Assembly (NCBI GenBank): GCA_951406725.2
Contig: OX597830.1
Coordinates: forward strand, 43,958,001-44,022,000
Source of the DNA: Octopus vulgaris
Taxonomy: Eukaryota
Reading direction: 5' to 3'
DNA length: 64,000 bases
Shown here one piece after another: positions 53,543 to 64,000 of the stretch. Positions within the stretch are counted from its first letter, which is position 1. Each line of letters starts with the position of its first letter. The translations under genes and the position numbers were made by a program. The notes below the pieces were generated by a model. That model worked only from the letters and a program-made list of their open reading frames with translations, made no database searches and was not told where the DNA came from.

Positions 53543-54274
53543 CATTAAGGAGTGGAACATACAATTTCCTACAAGTCAGACTGCTTCGTGGTCTCAGACA
53601 AGGGAAGAGCTACTCTGATTCATGGGGCTCACACTTGCAGACAGCCATCTGTCCCTTGATAGCGATGAGCTGGCGGTTTCCACTGCTACAGGCCTGATCA
53701 TTTCAGGTTATATTATAGAAATCACCTCTAGTCCAAATATTTGTTTGTAAAAAAAAAAACAACACAAAGTTGGTATTTCTTAGTTTACTACATAAAGAAT
53801 GAAAATGGTAAAAACTAAAATAATTTCATAAGAATCAGAAAAGAAATTATATTAGGAGAGAGGGAGGGAGGGAGAGAGAGAGAAGGAGAGAGAGAGTAAT
53901 CTTTTTTCATACAAAACTGCCTTGGTTCTGGTACAAACTCCCCATTTTAAAATGATCTCAAAATCTTTCATCAAAATTTCATATTAAATTATGTTGCAGA
54001 CACCAGCTTAATGGAAGCTATTTATTAAATTTTACATTATTTTAAAAATTAACAGAAATAAAAGCAGCAATATTTCAACAGAACTACAATTAACAAAAGG
54101 GTTAAGGAACCTGCAAATACTGAAATCTGTACAGCAACAGGAAGAATTAGGGACTCAATTAGAAAGTCTGGGAATTTTGATTCAAATACTTTTTCTAGTT
54201 GATTTAAAATTCAAAGCTGATAAAACAAAACATTCCTAAACCCTTTTTCACCAAGAAATTAAACAGATGCTAGA

Positions 54275-54545
54275 GCCTCACTGGCTCCCATGCTGGTAGC
54301 AGATAAAAAGTACCATTCAAGCATGGTTGATGCCAGTACCACCTGACTGGCCCTCACACCAGTAGCAGACAAAAAGCACCCACTACACTCTTGAAGTAGT
54401 TGGCATTAGGAAGGGAATCCAGCTGTAGAAACTTTGCCAGATCAGATTGGAGCCTGGTGCAGCCTTTTGGCTTGCCACCCCTCAGTCAAACTGTCCAACC
54501 CATGCCAGCATGGAAAGCAGATGTTAAACGATGATGATGATGATG
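54275..54545 (+). mobile_element. SINE family C
   Basis: ggcattaggaagggaatccagctg...gatgttaaacgatgatgatgatg. Confidence 0.85.
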
Positions 54546-54719
54546 AATTTGGGATGGAGAATAGAGAGATTCTTTAAAGCTGAAACTGAACTTCAAGAAA
54601 TAAATAACAAAATTTTCATAATTTTTGATTCAAGTTCTGATTTAAATCTGAGGAAACTTTCCCACTGATTTTGGAGATACAAAAATAATAAAAACATATC
54701 TGAATAATGATAATAATAA

Positions 54720-55240
54720 TCCTTTCTACTATAGGCACAAGGCCTGAGATTTTGGGGGAGAGGACTAGTCTATTACATCAACTCCAGTGTCTCACTGATA
54801 ATTTATCAACCCTGAAAGGATAAAAGGCAAAGTTGACCTTGGCAGAATTTGAACTCAGAACATAGCGGCAGATGAAATACCACTAAGCATTTCGCCCAGC
54901 ATGCTAACAATTCTGTCAGCTTACTGCCTTTAATAATAATAATGGTTTGGTTTCAAATTTCGCCACAAGGGTCGCCATTTAGGGGAGGGTGATTATATCA
55001 ATCCCAGTGTTCAACTGGTACCTAATTTATCAACCCCAAAAGGATGAAAAGCAAAGTCAACCTGAGAACGTAGCAGCAGATGAAATACCGCTAAGCATTT
55101 TGACCAGAGTGCAAACAATTCTAACAATTTGCTGTCTTTAGTAATAACGATAATTATTTCAAATTTTTGCCACAACTTGGGCAAAATGCCGCTAAGCATT
55201 TCATCCATTGTGCTAACAATTTCTACCAGCTCACCACCTT
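54720..55240 (-). mobile_element. Head-to-tail cluster of three SINE family A copies
   Basis: Three successive copies separated by (AAT)n tails. Confidence 0.8.
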
Positions 55241-56340
55241 AATAACAACAATAATTCCTCAATGCTGCAGAGTAGTTTATGAATAACTGCTAGAAACAGG
55301 CAAACTGCCAAGCTGGAACTAAGAAGTTCAATACTTAATTCATTAACCGGTGCTATTCTGATATCAAATGGTTCTAAGACATTTTTGTAACTAAACACTA
55401 TCTAGTCAAAATTATCAAAGAAATTTCAAGTTTTGAATATATTTTATTTCAGAAGAACCTCTAAACATTGGTAAAACCAAGATTAAGCTACAAGTCTTCC
55501 TTTCCATCACCAGGTTCTAAATATAATATTAGTCAATTTTGCATAATGGCATCACTTTTTAAAATGTTGGACCATTTGCATCAAGATCCAAGTGAAATCG
55601 ATCAGTTAATTGAATATGCAAATTAAGTCAATTTCAATTTAATGCAAGTAACTTTTTGGTGCCACTTTAGCATGTGGTCTACCACATTATCTGTAGTCTA
55701 CATGGAAATGACCTGACCTGGGTTAGGAATAGGATTAAACTGTCTGCAGAAGTGTAAATGGCCAGGTAGGGTGCACACTAAAGCAGCACCAATTGTTTTC
55801 TTTTAACTCTCTCAATTTTGAATTTAAAAAATGGTGAGCTACAGAATAAAATTAAACATTGATTTGATAAAAAACAATTCTGCTAGTTTTCTGTTTTCCT
55901 GATGTATATTAAAATGACAGTGGCCTGTAGTACTTTAAGTTTATAAATAATCCATATCAAAAGTGTTAAGATGTATTTAAGTTATTCTTTACCATTCATC
56001 ATCATCATCAGTGCCATTTAACGTCCATTTCCGTGCTGGCATGAATTGGATGGTTTGACAGGAGCTGGTAAGCCAGAAAACTGCACCAGAATCCTATTGT
56101 CTGTTTCAACACGGTCCCTAGATACCCTTCCTAATGCCAACCACTTAATAGGGTGTATGGAGTGCTTTTTAAGTGTCACCAGCACAGGTGCTTTCCATGC
56201 AAGTTAAATTATATTGAAGTTCAGATTCCCATATGAAGAATTTTTTTATCTGATTTTTAATTGTCTAATAAACTTCTTTACTAATTAAATCCTCATGCAG
56301 ATAAAATTAGTAGAAGGTTTTGAAGCAAGAGGTGAATAAT

Positions 56341-56737
56341 AAGGATCTCAAATTTTGGCACAAGATCAGCAATTTCAGGGGAGGAGGTAAGTCAATTACA
56401 TCAAACTCAGTCAACCATGGCAGAATTTGAACTCAGAACATGAGGAAACAGATACCGCTAAGAATTTTGCCCAGCGTGCTAGTGATTCTGCCAGCTCATT
56501 GCCTTACAAGTGGTGAATAATAACCTTTACTAATGGAGGCACAAGGCCTCAAGTTTGTGGGGAGGGGACTAGTTGATTACATCATTCCCAGCGTTTCACT
56601 GGTATTTGATTTATCGACCCTGAAAGGATGAATGACAAAGTCAACTCAGTGGAATTTGAACTCAGAAAGTAGCGACAGGCAAAATACCACCAAGCATTTC
56701 ATCTAGTGTGTTGAAGATTCTGCCAGTTCATTGCCCT
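56341..56737 (-). mobile_element. Two SINE family A copies sharing a triplicated target site
   Basis: caag(a/t)ggtgaataat occurs at 56326, 56507 and 56739. Confidence 0.85.
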
Positions 56738-57054
56738 ACAAGAGGTGAATAATGAAAATAAAATGCTGTGTTATTGTTTTCATTATTAATATGCATTAGA
56801 TTATGTGACTGACCCAATTAAATGTTTCCTAATCCTCATTATCCTTAGTAGCTTATCACAGAGCAATTAATTCAAAGTCTATGAACTTCAGGAGGTGTGA
56901 ATCTTAGCCTGGCTAAGCTTGGATTATTGAAAAATACAAAAGGGAAGTGAAAAACATCATACATAATAAGCGTAGAGATCGTTGTGTTGACACATATCAA
57001 TAAAATTATAGTGTCAACTGAGGCAGAGAATAAATTAGGCATACACACACACTT

Positions 57055-57420
57055 TTTATTTGTGTCAGTCATTGGGATGTGGCCATACTGGGGCATTGCC
57101 TTGAAGGGCTTTAGTCAAATGAATTGACTAGCATTTATTTAAAACCTGGTGCTTATTCTGTTGGTCTCTTACACTAACTGATGACATTACATGGATGTAA
57201 ACAAACCAACACCAGCTGCCAAGTGGTAATGAGGGACAAACACAAAGACACAGATATGTACATAAATGTGTATGAGTATAACACACACACAGAAGCTTCT
57301 TCCAGTTTCCATCAACCAAATCAATTCACAAAGCTTTGAACCTAGGGCAATAACAGACACTTGCCCAAGGTACTGCACTATAGGATTGAACTTGGAACCA
57401 TGTGCTTGGGAAGCAAATTT
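57055..57420 (-). mobile_element. SINE family B
   Basis: cagtcattgggatgtggccatactgg...ttgggaagcaaa. Confidence 0.8.
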
Positions 57421-58046
57421 CTTTATATATATATAGTACTTTTGTTTTATTTAAAAATTCATATGCATGAAAGGTGAACGTTAAAGACGACGATGATGTA
57501 ACATTACACAACGCCCTATTTCAGAGTCTATTGAAGTCTCAATGTATCACATACTTGGTGCATTTGGTTAATTGCATCATAAGTCTACAGGAATATAATA
57601 GAACTGACACCCACTACTCGTCTGGTGTATTTATATTTTATCAATTTGTGGAAATGAAAGGCGGAAAAGAAAAAAAAAATTGAATAAAACAAAAATCAAC
57701 CATGATGGGCAAGACACAGTAAAGAGACCAATAAATAAACCTCTATTGCTATTCTTTTATTAGTTTCAGTCATTTGGCTGTGGCCATGCTGGAACACCAC
57801 CTATGTTAATTTATAAATAAATATTCAATAACAATTGGTAACTTGAATGAAAATTAATTTAAAGATTCTTTGTTTTTAATTAAAGATGATTTATGAAACA
57901 TAAAATAAATAAATACTGGTCTAACAGACTAGTGTACAATATATTGTTTTGGTGTTATGAAGCAATCTCATATTTTCAAATTTGACATTAATCTCTGATT
58001 CATTTCTACTGTTAGATCCCTTTCTATGCCAATCTCAGGGCATCAT

Positions 58047-58437
58047 AAGGTGGCGAGCTGGCAGAAATTTTAGGATTGCCGGGCGAAATGCTTGGCAGTA
58101 TTTTGTCTGTCTTTAATGTTCTTAGTTCAAATTCTGCCAAGGTTAACTTTGCCTTTCATCTTTTCGGGGTTGATAAATTAAGTACCATTTGCATATTGGG
58201 GTCGATCTAATCGACAGCCCCCCCCTCCAAAATGTTGGGCCTTGTTCCTACAGTAGAAATTATTTTAAGGCAGTGAGCTGACAGAAACTTTAGCATGCCG
58301 GGCAAAATGCTTGGTGGTATTTTGTCTGTCTTTACGTTCGGAGTTCAACAAATTAAGTACTAGTTGCATACTGGGGTCAATCAAATCAACTGGGCCCCTC
58401 CCCAAAAATTTCAGGCCTTGTGCCTAGAGTAGAAAAG
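58047..58437 (+). mobile_element. SINE family A dimer with a single outer TSD
   Basis: TSD aatctc(a/t)gggcatcat at 58031-58046 and 58438-58453. Confidence 0.85.
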
Positions 58438-58893
58438 AATCTCTGGGCATCATTCATATCCACAGCAATTCTCATGCAGACAAGTGTGGATGTAGTGTAA
58501 GAGGTTTGCTTCCCAAACACATGGTTCTGGGTTCAGTCCTACTGTGTGACATTTTGGCAAGTGTATTCTAATATAACAACTCTGGGCTGACCAAAGCCTT
58601 CTGAGTGGATTTGGCAGACAGAAACTGAAAGAAGTCTGCCATACATCTACTGTCATGTACCCAAAGGTTTAACGATTCCCTCACCTAGAATATACTTTAA
58701 GAAGGACTAACACAGGAATCCTCAGTTTGTTTCACCCGTTAGCATGAGTAAAACCTTGAGCAAAGCAGCATAGGAATGTCTAACCTGGAGGAACATGCAC
58801 TGCAACCAAATCAAGTAAATACACCAAAATGCTACAAAGAACATTAAGATGGTATGAGTGGATTTGGTAGACAGAAACTAAAAGAGGCCCGTC

Positions 58894-58930
<37 letters not shown>

Positions 58931-59138
58931 GTTAATCCAAACATGAAAGCACAAAAAAACACAACGCGAGGACGTGGAACAAATATAGTATTATTGGACG
59001 CTCAGGAAAGAAGGAGGGTTTAACGTTTCGAGTGGAGCTCTTCGTCGGAAAAACATAGAAGGAAAGATCCAGAGAAGGGAAGACAGAAGGAAAAAAAAAA
59101 AAAAAAAAAAAAAATCGCCAACGTGGTCACATTTTGAA
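58931..59138 (-). mobile_element. Penelope-like element terminal fragment inserted in (TA)n within a family B SINE
   Basis: A non-SINE segment bounded by (TA)n on both sides that carries a minimal hammerhead motif; the Penelope assignment is inferred from that motif. Confidence 0.55.
59018..59054 (-). ncRNA. Minimal type I hammerhead ribozyme-like motif (U4C variant)
   Basis: Minus strand reads GTTTTT CCGACGA A GAG-ctcca-CTC GAAA CGTT AAAC: core boxes, stem II, palindromic ACGT in place of stem III, and a short stem I. Confidence 0.6.
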
Positions 59139-59159
59139 ATATATATATATATATATGGA

Positions 59160-59565
59160 TGTATTTGTGTGTGCATGTACTTGAGTGTGTTTGTCCTCCC
59201 ACCATCACTTGACAACCGATGATGGTGTGATTACATCCCTTTAACTTACCAGTTCTGCAAAAGAGACTGATAGAATAAATCCTGGAGTCAATTTGTTCAA
59301 CTAAAGGTGGTGCTCCAGCATGACTGCAGTCAAAATGACTGAAACAAATAATATATATATGCATGTTTGTGTGTCTGTGTTTGCCCCCCTCCCCATCATT
59401 GTGTGACAACTGATGCTGGTGCGTTTATGTCCCTGTAACTTAATGGTTCGGCAAAAGAGACCAATAGAATAAGTACTAGGCTTACAAAGAATAAGTCATG
59501 GGGTCGATTTGTTCGACCAAAGGCAGTGCTCCAGCATGGCCACAGTCAAATGACTGAAAATAGAA
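59160..59565 (+). mobile_element. Two tandem SINE family B 3' halves
   Basis: tttgtcctcccaccatcacttgacaaccgat...gtcaaaatgactgaaa occurs twice. Confidence 0.85.
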
Positions 59566-60304
59566 GAACAATAAACAAATTTTAAAGTTGTATAATTATC
59601 CATTCTTCTTTGTCATGATGTCGATATATTGATTCACAAACACAAACTCTCATAAATATGCGGGAATCCATGTATGTTTGTGCCTTGTTGTTTTGATACA
59701 TGATAGCTGTAAAATGACTATTGCTGTTATAGAAGTAGTGTCAATCATTTCCAGTATCCTATGAGATCATGTCTAACCACAGGGATTTTATTACCTTGCT
59801 TGGAGACTGGTGAGGGTTGGCGGCAGGAAGGGCATCCAGCCAGAGAAAATCTGCTTCAATAAAACTAATCTATGTCAGCATAGAAAAATGGCCATGATGA
59901 TGATTAACAAGTGTATCCGATGCTTAGCTACTTCCTCAGATTCTATCCTCCCTCCTTCAAACAGTTTTCACTACACACCAATAAAATCAAATAAATAAAA
60001 AAAATTAATATTTAAACATTTACCAATTTGGTATTAAAAAAAAAAAAAAGAATTTATGTAAATATCTAATTCAGGGCAAATACAAATTATTTCAGCAACT
60101 TTCCAAATTCATTTCAGACGAAGTTCCATTAACGAGCTCCTTGAAAATCTTTGGCACAAAAACAGCTTTGGTTACAATTGAACTAAATTTACAGAATTTC
60201 ATAATATTCCAACTTTTGCCAACAAAAAGTTAATAATCATCTACTTAAACCAACATAAAAAGGTGGGGTGGGGATGGGGGGGGAGAAGTAATAAGTCTGG
60301 AGTC

Positions 60305-60857
60305 TTATCTTTTACTTGTTTCAGTCATGTGGTCATGCTGGGGCACCCCCTTGAAGAGTCTTAGTTCACTGAATTGATCCCAGTACTTTTTTTCTTAAAG
60401 CTAGGGTTTATTCTATCGGTCTCTTGCCGAACCATTTTGTAATGGGGATGTAAACACACCAACAGAAGTTGTTACGTGATTGGGGTGGGGGGCAAACAAG
60501 CAAAGACACATATATACATTACATACATACATAAACACTACACACGAGCTTCTTTCAGTTTTCATCTACCATATCCACTCATGTGGCTTTGGTTGGCCCG
60601 AGGCTATAGAAGACACTTGCCGAAAGTGCCAGTGGCACTGAACCCAGAACCATGTGGTTGGGAATCAAATTTTGTACCACACAGCCATGCCTGTGCCTGT
60701 ATACACACAAGCTTCTTTCAGTTTCCTTCTACTAAAACTACTCACAAGGCTTTGGTCAGCCTAGGGCTATAGAAGATATTTACCAAGGTGAAATGGTGTG
60801 ACTGAAGCTGGAACCATGTGGTTGAAAAGTAAACTTTTTACATGGCCACACCTGTGT
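60305..60857 (-). mobile_element. SINE family B plus a second head
   Basis: tttacttgtttcagtcatg...cacagccatgcctgtgcc, then a repeated head segment. Confidence 0.85.
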
Positions 60858-61224
60858 CTATAATCATCCTAAATAATCAACCATAATCACCCACACAGAA
60901 AAATAGGGAAACAGTTAAAAAGTATCATTGCTTTCCTCATTTTAACCAATCCTCTAGGATTGAACAAACAACTATTTTTGCTGTTCAAACAATAACCTTC
61001 TTTTCGAAAGGTTGCATAACAAATTACAAAAGAACTGTAATGTTATTAAACCAGGATATGAAACCACAAGCAACATTAGAAGCATTTCAGATCAAGATGG
61101 TTGTAGAGAGAAACTGAAGAAGCTTCAACTGAGCATTAAGTATCACTGACACATAACATAGATATCAAGTGATAAGCCTTAATAAATCAATCTAAAATTG
61201 CAACATATTTATACATACTAGTCA

Positions 61225-61410
61225 TCAACATCATGATTTGATATGTTTTCCATGCTGGCATGGGTTGGATAGTTTGACCAGAGCTGATGGGGTAAAGGGC
61301 CTCAATAGGCTCCCCTCTCTGTTCTGGCATGGTTTCTATAGCTGGATGCCCTTCCTAATGCTAACAACTCCACAGAGTGTACTGGGTGCTTTTTAAGTGG
61401 TGCCAGCACT
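61225..61410 (-). mobile_element. SINE family C
   Basis: ttccatgctggcatgggttgg...gctggatgcccttcctaatgc. Confidence 0.8.
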
Positions 61411-63527
61411 AGTACAAATAATATTTCTATAAGTGAATGATTAATATAGCTCAATAATAAATACTGAATGTATATCATGGCAAAAATGCTGATGAAATGG
61501 TGTGCTATGTTTGGTAAACTTCTGTTAAAAAAAAACAAACAACCCCCAATTCCCCCCAAAATCAGATGATTTAAAAACGAAAGACCAGATCTACTTGCAT
61601 ACAGCATTTTCTATATTTTCCAAAAAATTTCAATTAATTGATTTTATTGGTTATCTTTCATATTTGTTCGATTTCAGATGCTTCAAAAGCAAGTTTAGTT
61701 TAATTTCATGAAAAACTAGAGTTGAAATTTTTCAACTCACTGCATTACATACACAAGATCCTATACTTGCATTCAATGATTAACCAGGGGTTATATTTCA
61801 TCTACTTTGTTGCGAAAACATGTTGATATGTTCTTTATAGCAGTGCTTCTCAAACTATCTGATGTAGCATACAGGCAGTTTTTTTCCCCCACAATGTGCC
61901 AGGGACCGGTAATATTTCTTAGTAATGTTAATTTATACCGGAAACAATATAAATACTGAATATAATAACAGCTGACAAGTTTTTAATCTTATATTTATTT
62001 TGTAAACAAATAATAAACAATATTACATAAGTATTTTATAATGTTTCTTTTCTGGAGACTTGTGTACAGGTAGCTGATGGCTCACAGACCACGACTTTTA
62101 GTACTGCTTCACATGAACAATGCTCATAGGGAGCAACCCTGTGTAGTAAATCTGAATTCTTCTATTTGAGAACAATATATTTGTTAAAAAGAGGAACCTC
62201 TTTTAAACACATCATTTAATGTCTGTTACCCATGCTGGCATGGGTTGGATAGTTTGACAAAGCAGTGACAGCAGCTAGTCTGTTGGCTAGTGGCTGTAGG
62301 TGAACAAGTATTTGTCAATTAGCCTGGATGGTAATAATGGGTGCTTTTATGTACCACAACTGGATTTTGCTTGGCTTGATGGGTCTTGTCAAGCATGACA
62401 ATGTCAAAAGTGCATGCATGGTCATTGCCTCCGTGACTCCCAGCACTTGAAAGGAGCTCAGCCACTTTGCCTCAGTGAGGCCCAGCACTCGAAAGGAACC
62501 ATTTCATGTGGAAAACACAAGTGGGAAGTTGGGGGAATTATTGATTAAACCATGAGTTTGTGAATGTTATAATTGCAAGCACTGTTAAAGCTTTGCAACA
62601 GGTGCTTAAAATGCTTTTCCTCTGCTGGAAGATTTAGTTAATAAGATCAGATGCTGTTTCCCTGTTTCAACTGCTTATCAACTGTTGCTGAAAGTGTCAT
62701 GTAAATTCTTGTTGATTTTTTTTTAATGTCAAAGCAGAATCTATTACTGTAACAAAGCTTCAACTGTTGAATTCTGTGAAGACAACATGATTTCTTAAAT
62801 CAAAAGCAGCTTACTCAATCTTAGTGCATATCAAGTTTGAAATTTTATGGAAGATTTGTTTTTAAATATTCAACTGCAAGGAGCAGCACCTGTGGTTCTT
62901 TTGTAGATGCTACTAAACTGGTGAGGGAAAAAAAATGTTCAACCTCAACTTTCAGAGGTATGTATGTATATATGCAGTAAACATACTAACAAAGAGCCCC
63001 TATACAGTGAGTCTAACTGCTAGAAATAGCAAAATTTCTTAAAATCACAACATACTGGAGACAGTCATAACTGTATACTCATTCAGGTCTTATCTGAGAT
63101 TTAAAAACAACAACAACAACAGCAGTAACATAGGCAAAGTTGTTCAGTGTAAGGTCCTCCAGACAAGATAGTGCAGTATATAATAAGTGGGGGATATAAA
63201 ACATCAGGTGGGTTGTGTTGAGATGATACATAGCTTACTTATTCAGAAGAGCAGAAACTTGGATAGAATAGACAAAGCAGCAGCAGCAGCTAGTCTGTTG
63301 GCTAGTGGTTGTAGGTGAACAAGTATTTGTCAATTAGCCTGGATGGTATATTTTTGTATGCAGTCTGTTTTTTTTTTTTTTTGTTCTTTCTTTTAATGTA
63401 TGCTGTTTCACCACTGACATGCATTGTGTACACATACAGCAACAGATTTATCATTAGTGTCCCCTTAATCATTAAGGCCTCATCTGTAAGCATTTTTCAC
63501 CTATATTTTCACCAAGTGAATACAATA

Positions 63528-63740
63528 CAAGGTGGAATGAAAGTTCCTGGTTCTGGGTAAAAGAAAACACAGGATGATCAGTTAACTGATTTTATTCAAC
63601 ATATTCCTCTCTCTGATTCACACACTTATTGAAGCAGTCCTTCAGTTTTTCTAAACCCTGTAAAAGAACTTGGAAGGTTGGGTCTCCAACCAGGCCTTTT
63701 ATGATACCCTTAAAGCCAAGAATTTTGCAGCACCCCCTTG
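63528..63740. mobile_element. mariner-derived MITE
   Basis: TA-caaggtggaatgaaagttcctgg...gccaagaattttgcagcacccccttg-TA, with degenerate TIRs. Confidence 0.7.
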
Positions 63741-63921
63741 TATAGGGTTTTGTAAATAGATGTTTAATAATTACATCAGAAATAAAAATTTAATTGGGCA
63801 AGAAAAAAAAAAAATGAACAAAGAAGCCTGCTATGAATATTCTGTAAAACATTCATTGTATGTAATGGACTCCGTTTTCTATGTAGGTAAAAACAGGCCT
63901 ATGTATACATATATATATATT

Positions 63922-63960
63922 TATTGGGTTGGTGCATAATTATTGCGGCTTTTTTTCAAC
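63922..63960 (+). mobile_element. mariner TIR (element may continue beyond window)
   Basis: tattgggttggtgcataattattgcgg resembles the Hsmar1-type TIR ttaggttggtgcaaaagtaattgcgg. Confidence 0.65.
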
Positions 63961-64000
63961 AAAAACAATAACATCCTTAAATGATGGTCTGACCGTCTGC

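Larger units (their letters stand above)
30819..64000 (-). other. Large last intron of the UBALD gene (continues beyond window)
   Basis: Acceptor AG at 30819-30820. I found no match to the expected upstream peptides (QFVxxAGC, HWQFE, TALSxFFQE) by eye. The region is CpG-depleted. Confidence 0.65.

Noticed and set aside
60262-60283. G-rich tract with G-quadruplex potential (also 9000-9024)
   Set aside because: Short simple-sequence G runs with no supporting context.

Overview
AT-rich, repeat-dense eukaryotic DNA, most likely from an octopus/coleoid cephalopod (inferred from the tRNA-SINE, MITE and (TA)n/(CA)n repertoire). Almost all of the supplied ORFs are spurious. The one host coding sequence I recognise is the last coding exon of a UBA-like domain-containing gene (UBALD1/2, FAM100 family) on the minus strand at 30648-30818 (LCTPANTPATPPNFPEAL...). 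Its 3' UTR probably runs to about 26.8 kb. I found no upstream exons, so its last intron appears to extend from 30819 past the window end (>33 kb). The rest is layered mobile DNA: several SINE families, LINE relics (CR1/Jockey, RTE), pogo/Tigger-, hAT-, piggyBac- and mariner-type MITEs, a ~730 bp foldback element and Penelope-like fragments. The most notable observations are a minimal hammerhead-ribozyme fold lying sense in the UBALD intron, a near-perfect long hairpin in the same intron, a sharply bounded CpG-retaining domain at about 2.7-14.9 kb, candidate plus-strand exons antisense to the UBALD 3' UTR, and several insertion histories readable from target-site duplications (TSDs). No CRISPR array, rRNA or true tRNA gene was seen, and nothing here is established as a new biological system. 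Repeat boundaries are read by eye and are approximate; family names A-D are my own labels.
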